A stretch of 64,000 nucleotides of DNA from Candidatus Eremiobacteria bacterium (GCA_963758295.1 CAVWUU010000002.1:64001-128000); one strand, 5' to 3'. Shown: positions 1-15,429, counted from the stretch's first letter. The notes: a model not told the origin generated them from the letters alone. Translations and numbers: made by a program.

Positions 1-951
1 GCGTTCGACATAGGCGACGGCACAGTCGGAATTTCCGTGGGTGACGTGACGGGGCATGGACTCGAAGCCGCCGTCGCCATGAGTGAGATCCGCCGTGCCA
101 TCCGCGCCGCCGCCGCGAGCCACGATTCGCCGGCAGCGTTGCTCAATTACGTGGACACCATGGTCGCCTCGCAGGGCATCGGCATGGCCACGGCCATCGT
201 TGGCCTTTACGACCCGGAGAACAACACGCTCAAATATGCGAGCGCCGGACATCCAAATCCCGTGCTGCTCTCCGCGAGCGGGCGCGCGCTGTTCTTGCCG
301 GGCGGCGGACTGCTGCTTGGACTGGGCATGAATCCGGCGTCGCAAGACTGGACGGTAACGCTTCCGCCGTCTTCGACGTGTTTTCTTTACACGGACGGAC
401 TGCTGGAATATAGCCGCGACGTGATCGCCGGCGAACGGGATTTGCTGCGCGCCGTGGAGGCGCTGCACCGAGCGCCCGAACAAACCGCGGACGCGCTGCA
501 CACGGAAATCTTCAACGGCTCAATCCAGAACACGGACGATTGCGCGACGCTCGCGCTGCATCACACGGAAGTGATGGATCGAAATCACTTCGTGCTGCAT
601 TACAGCTCGTTTCCGCTTTCGGCAGCGCTCGCGCGCGAAGCATTGCGGTCATTCTTCAGCAACCTCGATCTATCGGAAGACCGCGGGTTCGAAATTCTTG
701 CCGCCTCGGGCGAGGCCATCGCGAATGCGATCGAGCACGGCGAACACGAGCCTTCGAGCACGTTCGTCGTTGAAGGGTCGATCGATGAATCGTTCATCAC
801 GCTCAGCATCGAGAATCGCGGACACTGGCGTCCGTTCGTAGCGCGGGAAGAGCGCGGCCGGGGCGTGCCGATCATGCGCGCGTGTTCGCAAGGATTCGAA
901 ATTTCGTCCACGAGCGATTTCACGCGCGTGACGCTGACCTTCAAGCATTAG
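1..951 (+). CDS. SpoIIE/PP2C phosphatase fused to RsbW-like HATPase_c domain (5' truncated by window)
   Basis: Open frame from base 1; VGDVTGHG, ASAGHP, YTDGL, DDCA PP2C motifs, then EAIANAIEHG...GRGVPIM anti-sigma kinase motifs. Confidence 0.85.
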   Translation, partial: AFDIGDGTVGISVGDVTGHGLEAAVAMSEIRRAIRAAAASHDSPAALLNYVDTMVASQGIGMATAIVGLYDPENNTLKYASAGHPNPVLLSASGRALFLPGGGLLLGLGMNPASQDWTVTLPPSSTCFLYTDGLLEYSRDVIAGERDLLRAVEALHRAPEQTADALHTEIFNGSIQNTDDCATLALHHTEVMDRNHFVLHYSSFPLSAALAREALRSFFSNLDLSEDRGFEILAASGEAIANAIEHGEHEPSSTFVVEGSIDESFITLSIENRGHWRPFVAREERGRGVPIMRACSQGFEISSTSDFTRVTLTFKH

Positions 952-1945
952 TAGACGAAGACGTTTGCGGCCGTGACGAGGCCGCCGCCGAACCCAATCT
1001 GTAAAATCGTATCGCCGCGCCGCACTCGCCCGTCGCGAATCGCGGGCACGAGCGCAAGCGGGATTGAAACCGCCGAAGTATTTCCATACTCGCTCACGCT
1101 GACGAGCGTCTTTTCCATCGGGATGTTCAGCCGCTTGTTCAGCGCTTCGATCATGCGCAAGTTCGCGCTGTGCGGCGCGAACCAATCGATCTCGTCGACC
1201 ATTTTCCCGGCGCGCTCCAGCGTACGAAACACGGTGCCCGGAATATTTTCCATCACCCAGCGATAGACGTCTTGCCCCTTCTGCCGCAGCTTGCCGGAGG
1301 GATCTACAACGCCGTTGATGTCGGTACGTAATCCGGTGCGGAACAACGCCGGGCCGCCGCTGCCGTCCACGCCCGCCGTCATGCCGAAAAGCTGCGGCGT
1401 TTCGCTACGCTCCAACAGTGCCACGCCGGCCCCGTCGCCGAAGAGCACCGCGGTCGCCCGATCGCTATAATCGGCCGAAAGCGACAACGCTTCCGATGCA
1501 ACGACGAGCACGCGTTCGGCTTGCCGGCTGGAAATGAGTCCCGCGGCCAAATTCACGGCATACGCAAATCCCGCGCACGTCGCGGAAATGTCGACCGCGC
1601 CAGCGTTGTTCGAAAGTCCGAAATGCAGCTGAATCATCGCCGCTAAACTCGGATACACGTAGTCAGGCGTCGTCGAAGCGACGATGATGTAATCTATCGT
1701 GGAGCGGTCGATGTCGGGATGGTGCGCGAAAAGATCGTCGATAGCCCCGAACGCGAGCGTGCTGGCGTACTCGCCTTCGCTCACAACATGGCGCTTATGG
1801 ATACCGGTGCGTTGAACGATCCACTCGTCGCTCGTATCCATCATGCGCTCTAAATCGGCGTTCGCAAGAACGCGCGGCGGAACGTAGATGCCGAAACCGG
1901 CGATGCGCGCGGGAGCCTCAATTCGCGCCGGCGCGCCGTTGTCCG

Positions 1946-1949
<4 letters not shown>
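948..1949 (-). CDS. fabH: 3-oxoacyl-ACP synthase III
   Basis: DTSDEWIVQRTGI, ATCAGF (catalytic Cys), PHSANLR, YGNTSA, GFGGG. Confidence 0.9.
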
Positions 1950-3016
<1,067 letters not shown>

Positions 3017-3019
3017 CGC

Positions 3020-3580
3020 CTAATAAACGGTGATGCGCGAGGTATCTTCGGACGGCGGCTCTCCGCGCTGCGCGGTGCTCTCCCCGTTCGTACGCGATCC
3101 GCTCATGGCCTCATGCGCGGCCGGAAGCGGCGGCGTTGCCGTGTTCTCCAACAACGCCAGGTGGGTCGTCAGGATCGTGCGCAGTTCGCTCTTCGCTTTT
3201 TCGGCGGCTTCAGTCGTGCGCTGATGTTCGCGGCGTACTTCCGACATTGCGTCGTTGTAACTCGCGATCTCGCGTTCGGCCGCCATACGCGCCTGTTCGC
3301 GAATGAGGTCGGCTTCTTTGTGAGCCGAAGCCTTCACTTCGTCGGCGGTCCGCTGCGCCAGCAACAGCGTGTTTTGCAACGATTCTTCCATCGCCTTGAA
3401 ATGGCTGATTCGTTCTTTCAAGTCGGCGATGTCTGCTTCAAGTGCCGCGCGATGATGCGCGTCGTCCTCTAGCGTCTCGATGACTTCGTCGAGAAACTGA
3501 TCGACTTCCGTGCGATCGTAGCCCTGCAGCGCCTTTTTGAAGGTTTTATGCTGGATATCGATCGGAGTGATCTTTTCCAC
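3020..3580 (-). CDS. divIVA: DivIVA domain protein
   Basis: ITPIDIQHKTFKKALQGYDRTEVDQFLD, coiled coil; downstream of sepF. Confidence 0.9.
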   Translation of the reverse strand: MEKITPIDIQHKTFKKALQGYDRTEVDQFLDEVIETLEDDAHHRAALEADIADLKERISHFKAMEESLQNTLLLAQRTADEVKASAHKEADLIREQARMAAEREIASYNDAMSEVRREHQRTTEAAEKAKSELRTILTTHLALLENTATPPLPAAHEAMSGSRTNGESTAQRGEPPSEDTSRITVY

Positions 3581-3587
3581 GATTCCG

Positions 3588-4001
3588 TTAGCCTCTATTC
3601 GTAATGAAGTCGAGTGAGCCGTCGGTCGTCATCGTGTCTCGAAGACCGGCAGCATTTACAACAACACCCGCTGGAACGATCAGATAGATCGCTTCGGCCA
3701 ATTTCTGAATCTTCCCATCGATGGTGTACGCGACACCCGACGTAAAATCGACCACGCGTTGCAGCAACGTGCGATCGGCGTTTTGGAGATTCACGATAAC
3801 GACTTGACGATTGCGTAGCGCGTCGGCGATTTCGACGACATCTTGAAAACCGCGCGGTGAATAGACGCTGACCTCGGTTCCGCTACGCCGTCCCGCATTC
3901 GAAAGTGGGACGACCCGGCCGCCCGCGGGTTCGTCGTCGTAGATCTCTTCTTCGTCATCGCGGATCGAGAAGAACGATCCAATCCTGTCGAACATGCTCA
4001 T
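3588..4001 (-). CDS. sepF: Cell division protein SepF
   Basis: IADALRNRQVVIVNL...RVVDFTSGVAYTIDGKIQK; start moved to ATG 4001 after GGAGG. Confidence 0.9.
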   Translation of the reverse strand: MSMFDRIGSFFSIRDDEEEIYDDEPAGGRVVPLSNAGRRSGTEVSVYSPRGFQDVVEIADALRNRQVVIVNLQNADRTLLQRVVDFTSGVAYTIDGKIQKLAEAIYLIVPAGVVVNAAGLRDTMTTDGSLDFITNRG

Positions 4002-4018
4002 AGAAGAAGGTGCCTCCG

Positions 4019-4687
4019 TCACGCACGGCGCTCGCCGAAGAGCGCGGTGCCGATGCGGATCATCGTCGATCCGGCGCGCACTGCCTCGCGCCAATCGCCC
4101 GACATCCCAATTGAGAGCGTGCTTCCACCTATGCGGTCAAACGTCTTTGCGGCAAGGTCGAATGCGCGCGCGATTTCTTCGCGACTTTCCGTAATGGGAC
4201 CAATGGCCATCACGCCTTCCAGGCGCAGCCCCGCGGTCTCGCGGACAAGCCCGGCTAGGCGGTCGGCTTCCAAGGGCGGACATCCGAAACGCTCGGCGGG
4301 CGAAACGTTCAGCTGCAGTAGCACCGGCAGAAGGACGCCTGCGTTACTAGCCGCTTTGCCGAGGGCCTTCGCCGCGCCGGGCCGGTCGACGGTCTGCACC
4401 ACATCAAAGAGCCGCACCAGGGCCGCGGCCTTATTCGTTTGCACGTGCCCGATGTAGTGCTTTCGAACCGGCATGTCGATCGTGGCGAACTTTGCCGTCG
4501 CCTCCTGAACGTAGTTCTCGCCGATGTCGTCGAGGCCGGCGGCCGCCGCTTCCACGATCGCTTCGGCCGGCTGCTTCTTGCTGACGCCCAGGATGGCGAC
4601 CTGGTCGCCTGCCCGGCCGCATGCAGCTAGCTCGCGTCCGAGCTCGGCTCGCAGTGCGGCCAAACGGTCGCGCAGGGCGTCGGACAT
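4019..4687 (-). CDS. yggS: PLP homeostasis protein YggS
   Basis: GVSKKQ, GENYVQE, HYIGHVQTNK, LSIGMSGD, IRIGTALFG; start overlaps lgt stop. Confidence 0.92.
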   Translation of the reverse strand: MSDALRDRLAALRAELGRELAACGRAGDQVAILGVSKKQPAEAIVEAAAAGLDDIGENYVQEATAKFATIDMPVRKHYIGHVQTNKAAALVRLFDVVQTVDRPGAAKALGKAASNAGVLLPVLLQLNVSPAERFGCPPLEADRLAGLVRETAGLRLEGVMAIGPITESREEIARAFDLAAKTFDRIGGSTLSIGMSGDWREAVRAGSTMIRIGTALFGERRA

Positions 4688-5526
4688 CAGGCCGCGGTCG
4701 CGGGGATCGTTACGTCCGTACGGCGTCCGCGGCGCAAGCAGTACACGAGGCCGATAATTCCGATGACGATCATGGGCATGGCGTAAAGCTGGCCGCCCGT
4801 GATGGGACCCAAGTGGAAATCGGCATACCGCCAGATCTCCGCAATTGTCCGGGTGATGCCGTAAATCGTGAACCATGTCCAGCCGACTACGCCGTCCGGC
4901 GGCCGCTTTTTATACACGTAGAGCACGATAGGAAGCGTGAGAATATCGAGGATAGCTTCGTAAATCTGAGCCGGATGCCGGTATGCGAGCGGATCTGGAG
5001 CCGTCGGAAACTGCAAGCACCAGGGCCGGTCGGGATTGCAGATATCGCCCCACAGTTCGTCATTGATGTAATTCACGATGCGCGTGAGCGTGATGCCGAT
5101 CGGCAACAGCACCACGACTTCATCGCCTAACACCGTGTATTTCAAGCCCGGGTGCTTGCGCACGAAAAGCCAGATCGCGATGAGGACGCCGACCATGCCG
5201 CCGTGGAACGCCATTCCGCCTTGCCATACGGCAATGAAATTGATCGGATTGGCGAGATACTGCGCGAGATCGTGCTTGCTGATGATGTCGTTGATGACGA
5301 AGAACGTTCGTCCGCCGATCAGCACGCCTAGGAGCGCATAGAATAGAAAATCCTGAATCTGCTCGCGCGTAAGTCCAAGCCGGCGCCGACCCTCCGGGCG
5401 GCTCATCCACAGATACACGCAGATAAACCCGACCAGATAGGCAATACCGTACCAATGAACCTTAATTGGTCCAAGGTGAATCGCCACCGGGTCGACATTT
5501 GTCGGATAGCTAAACCAGTGCTGCAT
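4687..5526 (-). CDS. lgt: Prolipoprotein diacylglyceryl transferase
   Basis: HWYGIAY, WQGGMAFHGG, RIVNYINDELWG, RHPAQIYE. Confidence 0.95.
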   Translation of the reverse strand: MQHWFSYPTNVDPVAIHLGPIKVHWYGIAYLVGFICVYLWMSRPEGRRRLGLTREQIQDFLFYALLGVLIGGRTFFVINDIISKHDLAQYLANPINFIAVWQGGMAFHGGMVGVLIAIWLFVRKHPGLKYTVLGDEVVVLLPIGITLTRIVNYINDELWGDICNPDRPWCLQFPTAPDPLAYRHPAQIYEAILDILTLPIVLYVYKKRPPDGVVGWTWFTIYGITRTIAEIWRYADFHLGPITGGQLYAMPMIVIGIIGLVYCLRRGRRTDVTIPATAA

Positions 5527-5546
5527 CGAGTATCGTTAACTCTATC

Positions 5547-6278
5547 GTGAGCTCGACTTCACATATAACCGTCGGCATCGCGTTTCTCGCGGGCCTCGTT
5601 TCCTTCGTATCGCCGTGCGTCCTTCCGCTCGTTCCGGCGTACCTATCGCTTTTGACCGGTTCCAGCTTGGAAGATTTGCGCGAGGGCGCGAGCGCGTCGA
5701 CGCGCGCAAACGCCACGGCGCACGCCGGTGCATTCATCACCGGATTCACGATCGTCTTCGTTGCTCTGGGCTTAACGGCCAGCGCCATCGGCGGCGTATT
5801 GAGCGACAACCGCGTGCTCATTGCGCAGGTCGGCGGCTGCCTCGTTGTGATACTCGGGCTGCAAATGATGGGCATGCTGCGCATTCCCTTTCTTATGATG
5901 GATACGCGCGTCCATGTCCAAAGCGAACGGCGCACGTACTGGGCCTCGGGCCTTGTCGGCATCGCCTTCGCCGCCGGGTGGTCGCCATGCATCGGACCTA
6001 TTCTAGCGGGAATTCTGGCCATCGCGTCGCAGCAGCACAACGGCGAAGCGGCGATTCTGCTTCTTTGCTACTCCTTGGGCCTGGCCGTTCCGTTTTTCTT
6101 GACCGCACTTGCGGTGGGAGCGGTGCTGCCGGTGCTAAACCGCATCAAGCGGTTTCTGCCGGCGATCGAATTCGTCGCGGGACTGTTCTTGGTCGCAGTA
6201 GGGCTCGTGCTCGTAAATAACGCTTTCCTCACCGTCGCCGGATGGTTCTATCAATTTGTCCCGCAACCGAAGATTTAA
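5547..6278 (+). CDS. ccdA: Cytochrome c biogenesis protein CcdA (DsbD TM domain)
   Basis: SFVSPCVLPLVP and GWSPCIGPIL motifs. Confidence 0.9.
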   Translation: MSSTSHITVGIAFLAGLVSFVSPCVLPLVPAYLSLLTGSSLEDLREGASASTRANATAHAGAFITGFTIVFVALGLTASAIGGVLSDNRVLIAQVGGCLVVILGLQMMGMLRIPFLMMDTRVHVQSERRTYWASGLVGIAFAAGWSPCIGPILAGILAIASQQHNGEAAILLLCYSLGLAVPFFLTALAVGAVLPVLNRIKRFLPAIEFVAGLFLVAVGLVLVNNAFLTVAGWFYQFVPQPKI

Positions 6279-6709
6279 TCCGACCATTATCATCCTGATC
6301 GTTGCCGCGATCGCTCTCGCGCTCGATCAGTGGAGCAAACGCGCTCTCATTTCATCCTTCATGCCGGGCGAAAGCCGCCTGGTGGTTCCGCGCCTGTTGC
6401 GCTGGACGTATGAAAGAAATTTTCACGGCGCGTTTGGGCTCTTCGGAAGCAACGGCGCGCTGCTCATTGCGCTCGCGGTAGCGGTCCTTTTCGTTTTTTG
6501 GCTGAGCTTCCGCGATTCGGCGGCGCGCTCGCGTCTCGTCTGCGTCGCGTTCGGCATGATCGTCGGCGGAGCGATCGGCAACATTCTCGACCGTCTGCAT
6601 TTCGGCTACGTCGTCGATTTCATCGACTTCTACAAAATTTGGCCGAACATTTTCAACGTCGCGGACTCGTGCATCACCGTCGGCGTAATTCTGCTGCTGC
6701 TCTCTAGCC

Positions 6710-6735
<26 letters not shown>
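6256..6735 (+). CDS. lspA: Signal peptidase II
   Basis: DQWSK, NFHGAFG, GGAIGNILDRL, VVDFID, FNVADS. Confidence 0.93.
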
Positions 6736-8687
<1,952 letters not shown>

Positions 8688-8794
8688 GCGCGCCGCCGGC
8701 TATCGCGACAACTTCTTGCGGCACACTCCCACGTTTCGCGGGATGGGGAACGCGCCTACTGTGAATCCCGAACGGGTTCGGGTAACGTAGGCGT

Positions 8795-9463
8795 ATGCCG
8801 AAGATTTTGATGATCGTCACCGGCCATTCGCAAATCGACAGCGACCATCCGACCGGTTTGTGGCTTGAAGAGTTCAGCATCCCGTGGCGCGCGTTTCGCG
8901 ATGCGGGCTTCGAAGTAATGGTGACCTCACCCCACGGCGGCAAAGCGCCGATCGACCCGCGCAGTCTCGAAAACGCAGAGACCGACGAGGAAGCGATGCG
9001 GGAATTAGAAGCGACGAAGACGCTGCTCGAAGCCGGCGACGCGGAAACGTACGAAGCGGTATTCATTCCGGGCGGACACGGCACGATGTTCGATCTCGCT
9101 ACCTTTCAGCCCGTAAAAACACTGCTTAGCGAGTTCGATGCGGAAGGGAAGATCGTTGCGGCCGTTTGTCACGGTCCGGCAGCCTTCGTCGATGCAATTC
9201 GCACCGGCGAAGCGGAAACGCTCGTCGCAGGCAAACGCATCACGTGCTTCACCGACTCCGAGGAGCGTGGCGTAAAACTAGACAAGCTCATGCCGTTTCT
9301 CCTTGCTGGTAAACTGCGCGAGCAAGGTGCAACCGTAATTGAAAATGCCGACTGGGCCGATCACGTAGAGATCGACGGCAACTGGATCACGGGCCAAAAT
9401 CCACAATCAAGTGCGAGTACGGCGAAGGCCGTAATCGATGCGTTAAAAGGGCGAACCACTTAG
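8795..9463 (+). CDS. DJ-1/PfpI family (type 1 glutamine amidotransferase-like) protein
   Basis: GLWLEE, PGGHG, AVCHGP, TGQNPQS. Confidence 0.9.
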   Translation: MPKILMIVTGHSQIDSDHPTGLWLEEFSIPWRAFRDAGFEVMVTSPHGGKAPIDPRSLENAETDEEAMRELEATKTLLEAGDAETYEAVFIPGGHGTMFDLATFQPVKTLLSEFDAEGKIVAAVCHGPAAFVDAIRTGEAETLVAGKRITCFTDSEERGVKLDKLMPFLLAGKLREQGATVIENADWADHVEIDGNWITGQNPQSSASTAKAVIDALKGRTT

Positions 9464-12253
9464 CCGAGGTCGCGCACGACCCCGGCGCAATCGCTACAAA
9501 TGGACGGATGTTGCGGGTCCGAGCCGAGATCCCGAAACTTCCAGCAGCGCGCGCACTTTTCACCGTGCGCGCCGAAGAGCTTGAGTTCCACTTGCTGCGG
9601 ACGCGCTTCGAACGACCCGTCTTCGACTTTGCTAAGGTGCAAGTGCGAAAGTACCAGCGCCTCACGCAGGTTGTCGCCGAGCGATTCGAGACGCGCGTAC
9701 AACGCCGGCGCCGCGAAAACCTCGCCGCCGAGTTCGAAGTCGCGGCCGCTCGGGTTTGCGGCCACTTGCGCGCGCAACGTTCGTAACACTTCCCACAGCG
9801 CCAGATCGTCCCGCAGCGCTTCGACTTTGATACGCGCCGCGTCGAATGACGAATCGAAAACGCTGGCTTCGTCGCCTCGCAAGTCAGCGGGAATCTCTTG
9901 CCACGCCTCTTCGGCCGTGAACGATAGGATCGGGGCGATCGCGGTCAACAGGCGGCGCAATGCATATAAGAGCGCCGACTGCGCGCTCCGGCGCCGCGAA
10001 TCGTTTTCAGCGCGCGAATAGAGCGGGTCTTTCAAGCGCATCGAAATAGAAACTGGACATAGCGCTCTCGAACTCTACGATGCGCAAGTACGCGTCGTGA
10101 ATCTCGAATCTGTCGTAAAGCTGCTTTACGTCGGCAACGAACGCATCGGTCACGTTGCAAGCCAGTGCGTCGAGCGGCTGCATTTGCGCTCGTGGAACGA
10201 CTTGCGACGGCGTGAGATCGTCCAAATTGGAGAGCATGAACCGGATGCGATTGCGGACGTTACGGTAAACGCGGCCGACCTGCTCGACAACGTTCGGGCC
10301 GAAGCGCACGTCGTCGACGAACTCCACCGACGCAGACCACAGGCGAAGCACATCGGCGCCCCACTTGTTCATGGCGTCTTTGGCGTCGATGCCGGTGCCT
10401 CTGGACTTCGACATCGGACGCCCTTGCTCGTCGTTCACCCAGCCGTTTTTCACGACGTGCTTGTACGAGGCAGCGCCTTTAACGGCCGTTGCAGTCACGA
10501 TAGAACTGCGGAACCACCCGCGGTATTGGTCGCCGCCTTCGAGCACGAGATCGGCCGGCCACGGTAATCCGTCGTGTCCCAGGACCGCGAGATGCGTGCA
10601 TCCCGACTCGAACCAGATGTCGACGATGTTGTACTCTTTTTCAAACGAGGTTCCGCCGCACTTCGCGCAGGCGAAGTTCTTTGGAAGGTACTTTTCGACC
10701 GGATCGCTCCACCATGACCCGGCGCCGGCTTCGACGAAGCGTTGCGCAGCGGTCCGCGCGATCTTCGGGTCGAGAATCGATTCGTTACACGCCTTGCATA
10801 CGACGGCCGGGATCGGCGTTCCCCACGTGCGTTGCCGTGAGATGCACCACTCGGGATGATTCTCGAGCATCTGCACGAGGCGCGTCTTGCCCCATTCGGG
10901 CGTAAAATCAACGCCTTCCGCCGCTTCGATAGCCCGCGCGCGAAGACGGTTTTGATCCATCGCGATGAACCACTGCGCGGTCGCGCGGAAGATCACGGGG
11001 TTGTGGCAACGCCAGCAGTGCGGATACGAATGTTCGTATTCGTGGGAGCGGAAAAGCGCGCCGCTCGCCTGCAGATCTTCGACGATGCGTTTGTTGGCCT
11101 TGAAGATGAACGTGCCTGCGTACGGCCCGGCTTCGCTCGTGAAGTGTCCCGACGCGTCGACCGGATTGAGAATCGGTAATCCGTACTTGATGCCGGTTTC
11201 GAAGTCGTCGGCGCCGTGTCCGGGAGCCGTGTGCACGGCGCCCGTGCCGGTTTCGAGATCGACGTAGTCCGCCAGCACGATTACGGAGTCGCGATCGAGG
11301 AACGGATGCCGCACGGCGAGCCCGTCGAGTTTTTCTCCCGTAGTAGTCGCAAGCAATTCGGCTTCCGCAAATCGTTCGCCCAGCGCTTGAGACGCAAGCG
11401 CCGTAGCGAGCACGAGCGCTTCGTCGCCTATACGGTACAGTCCGTAGGTCGCGTCGTGGCGCAACGCGATGGCAACGTTCGCCGGAAGCGTCCAAGGCGT
11501 CGTGGTCCAGATCAGGATCGACAGACCGGCGGGCGCATTTTCAACCGGTCCGAATGCCGCTTGCAGCGCCTCGCGCTGCGCTTGGCTCGCGCGAAAGCGA
11601 ACGTAAATTGACGGCGAAACTTTCTGTTCGTATTCGATTTCCGCTTCCGCAAGCGCGGTTTCGTCGTGAACGCACCACAGCGTCGAACGCAAGCCTTTAT
11701 AGATCTGCTCTTTCTCCGCGAGATCGGCGATGGCGTTCACGATAGCCGCTTCGAACGTCGGGTCGATCGTGCGGTACGGATGCGCGTAATCGCCGAACGT
11801 TCCCATGCGCATGCGCGTGTCGCGCTGGCGGTCTAGCCAGTAGAGCGCGCGTTCCTTACATTTCTCCCGAAGTTCAAGCGGATCTACCGCGTGGAAATCC
11901 TTGATGCCGAGATGCTTGAGCGTTTCCAGCTCGATCGGCAAGCCGTGCATGTCCCAGCCGGGAACGAACGGCGTCCACTTCCCATCGAGCAGCGCGATCT
12001 TCACGAACATGTCTTTGAGAACCATGTTCAAGAAGTGCCCCATGTGAAGCTCGCCGTTCGCATACGGCGGCCCGTCGTGCAGCACCCACGGATCGTTCTT
12101 CCGATTTCGCTCGAGGCGCTTTGCGAACGTGTCTTGCTCGGTCCACCACGCAACGCGGTCCGGCTCACGCTTCGGCAGCTCGGCCTTCATCGGGAATGCG
12201 GTTTTTGGCAAACGTAAGGTGTCGCGATAATCGCGTTCGACGGTTTCGCTCAT
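9460..12253 (-). CDS. ileS: Isoleucine--tRNA ligase; one apparent +1 indel near 10036 splits it into two ORFs
   Basis: HDGPPYANG/HMGH, WTTTPWT, WCISRQR, PMSKS; frames join as FYFDAL-KDPLY; C-terminal KCARCW...CSDC zinc finger. Confidence 0.95.
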
Positions 12254-13333
12254 GACTCGCCCAACAGTTCGCCAAGGACGTCGAAATTTCGTTCAGCCGA
12301 CGCGCGGACCGGTTCAACGGCCGCTGCGAGGAAAGTCGAAAGCTCGTCGCGTTGCGAGACAAGTCGCTCGAGAAGCGCGTCGACGTCTCCCGGCAGCGGC
12401 GCGCCGTGCCCGGGCCTCCACAACGGATCCAACGGGTAAGCAAGGTCGGCGCAAAGCGAGCTCACTTTCGGATCGTAGGGAATCGCTAAAAACGGCACGG
12501 CAAACCTCGCAGCGATAATCAGTGCGTGCAAGCGCATGCCGATCACAACCCGTGCGCCGCGGATAACCGCAGCCGCGCGAGCGAGCGAACATTCCGGAAG
12601 AAGCATCGGGGCGGACGAACACGCACGGATGATATTCGTTGAGACCTCGGCGTCGGAAACGCCGCCAAGCGGCAAAAATGCGCTCGCGGATTCCGTACCG
12701 GTCGTGCAGCGCATCGACCGCCCGCACCAACGCGGCGGTGCCCTCTTTAAGCGCCGGAATCTTCCGCACGCTGATGATCGCGTACGGCTCCGGCGCGAGG
12801 CCTTCGGCTTGAAGATCGATCTCGTCCACCGGCAGATCGTATAGGAAAACCGGATCGGCTGTCTGTTCCACTGGCGTCCCCGGAAGGAGTGAATGCAATA
12901 GTTGAACCGACCGCGCATCGCGAACCGTTGCACGATCGACGCCTCGGCAGAAGCGCTTGACGATGAACCGCCCGAGCGTATCAAGCGGTCCGATGGATTG
13001 CGCGAAAATCATACTGCGCCGGCGTTGCTTTACGGCCTCACGCAAGATCGACGCATAGTAAAACGCGCTCCGCGCGCTCGTGGCGCTTTGCAGCAGGCCG
13101 CCTCCGCCGGAAAGAACGGCATCTGCCCTTGCGATGGATGCACGCACCTCGCGCCTATTCCATCGGGCCGTCGCGTCCACGCCGTACGTCTTCGCCGTTG
13201 CCTCCGGCGTTGCGGAAAGGACGTCGATCGTAATCCCGGGGAACCGGCGACGAATCTGCGCGACGATTACCTCGAGCAACGCTTCGTCGCCGAGATTTCC
13301 GAAACCGTAGTACCCCGAGAGCAGCACCCGCAT
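12250..13333 (-). CDS. csaB: Polysaccharide pyruvyl transferase CsaB; apparent indel near 12685
   Basis: SGYYGFGNLGDEA, SGGGGLLQ, AQSIGP, TVRD in the first ORF; GMRLHALI, YDPKV in the second. Confidence 0.88.
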
Positions 13334-13345
13334 GGCGTGAAGTCG

Positions 13346-15374
13346 TTAGGCTCGCACCGGCGCGAGCTTTGCCACGATGGCGCGATAGACGGCGATGACG
13401 ATTACGCCGATGATGATGCCGATCACGAGCCCGTTGAAGATGCGCCAGAGCGAAATCGCAATCGGCGTGTGCAGATGCGAAAACGTGTCGATTACGTCGC
13501 CGATGCCGACGCCGATCGCGAGCGCAAATAACCATCCTACGATGCGGCGGTGCACGATTGTGAGCGCCGGAAGCAGCATCAACGCCGGGAAGCCGATTGC
13601 AAATTCTTTGAGCGCGGCCGAACGCTGAGAACCGCCGTCAAGCTGTGCCGGATGAAAAGCTCGAACTGCGAGGGTGCGACGTCGCTTTGGTTGCCGCTGC
13701 GCATCAGAAGCAGTCCCCCTGCGCCGACGATGACGATGCCGACGAACAACTGGTAGGCAAGTACCGGCGACGCAAGCACGTCGCGCGGACGCTCGATGCC
13801 GGAGTTGAAGCGACCGCTGAACAGGTAGGCGAGGAGCGCTATAAGCGGCGGAAGCGCAAGCACCAGTTTGACGCCACGGAAGCGTTCGATTTCTTCCATC
13901 GTAAGAGGCGAGCTCATGAATCCAACGACGACCAGCGCGCCGAGCAACGCTATGCCGACGACAAGCAACGTCCAACCGATGCTGCGAACGAGTTGATCCC
14001 CGAATTTCGCGGCCGGTGCTTCAGCAAAGGCCGGCGCGAGCGCAAAAAAAGCGGCGGTTGCGAACAGCAGCGCGCCTAAGAGCGCCAGAACGGATCGAGC
14101 GAAAAGATCGTGATGGCTCACGAGGCCGCCGATATAAAGCAGAATCGTAAGCGCGTACGCTGCGACGGCCCACGACGGGCGATAGACACCGAAGAGCCCG
14201 AGCAGCAGGATGAAGACGGATGGAACGGCCAGCGCCGCCAGGCCGACGAGAATGCGATTATCACCGCGATAGAGCGGAATCGGCGTCGCTCGTCCGAGCC
14301 TGAAGCCGTGCGATTTTAAGTCGTCGGCAAGCTGTTTCACGAACTCGACGTTCGTCTTCTCGATCGAAAGCGTGCCATCTTGATGCGGCCACGTACGCAG
14401 ATACACTACCCGAACGTTGCGTTCGCGGACGCCGAGTTCGTAACGCGCGATCGCTTCATCGATCTTGATCTTGTCGTACTCGCCCTTCGCAATCGCTTGA
14501 ACGCGCACGGTTTGGCCGGGAATCGAGCGCGCGAGCGTATCATTCCCTTTTTGAACCTGGCTTTCGTCGTACGTTTCGATCTCGCCGAAGTTGAACGGCC
14601 GTGCCGATTTGGCATCATGCTCCTTGAAGAGCGCGGCCGCTTCGGGCAGGTGATCCGGATAACCGTACACTTCGTTGCGTAGCCCAAAAAACATGACGGT
14701 CGAGACCAAACGGTCCTGGCGCAAAACGTCGTCGATTGCGGCTTCCATTTGCGGTTTACCGAAGCGTTCGTCGTTTTGGAAACGCGGGATCACGAGCAGT
14801 CCCAGACGCTTGGCTATGGCGATTTGGTCGGCACCGATTCCAAGCGACGTGTTATTGAAGTAATCGATCTGCGTGCGCACTTCGATGATCCACGGCTCGT
14901 GGTCGCGCAAGACGCGGATCGTCTTCGGCTCAAAATGCAGCGGTAATTGCTGCCGGTAGCGCTCGTAGCTCGAGCGGTCGTTTACGATTAGGTAGACCGC
15001 GTCGGAAGCGATTTGCTTGCGCGAAACGAGTTGGGCGAGCGTCGGATCCGAAATCGGCGCGAGATCTTGGCCTGGTTGACGAGCGCGGCTCCGGTCGTTG
15101 CATACGCCTTACCGCTGTCCCCGACGTTCGCACCCAATTCTTCGGTTAGCGCGAGCGACGTGAGTCCCGCACGCCGTAAGGCAATGAGGAAGGCGGCCGT
15201 ATTATAGTTGTACGATCGGGCGGTCTGAACGAAATCGCCGAAATCCATGGCGATCTCCACGCGTCGGGCGTGCGACTCCGTCCGCACCCGGAAGACCGCC
15301 ACGGCCAGCGAGGCCAGCAAGGCAACAAGCAAGATCAACGCCGCATAGCGCGTTTTTCCATCAATTCGGATCAC
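13346..15374 (-). CDS. DUF5693-like membrane protein; apparent indels near 15060 and 13610
   Basis: Three ORFs join; ERNVRVVY, FRGVKL, RSGN, VRPR(F)KEF, DTFSHLHTP motifs; adjacent to csaB. Confidence 0.75.
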
Positions 15375-15392
15375 GGGGGAGAGGGGTTCTCT

Positions 15393-15429
15393 ATAAAAAC
15401 AATCGAGCCCGCTAAAAGCGAGCTCGACT
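15393..15429 (-). terminator. Intrinsic terminator in the leader of DUF5693
   Basis: Minus strand AGTCGAGCTCGC-TTTTA-GCGGGCTCGATT followed by GTTTTTAT. Confidence 0.7.

Noticed and set aside
10025..10045. Programmed +1 frameshift in ileS (CTT-G)
   Set aside because: No shift-site stop codon or internal SD, and many similar indels elsewhere point to sequence error.
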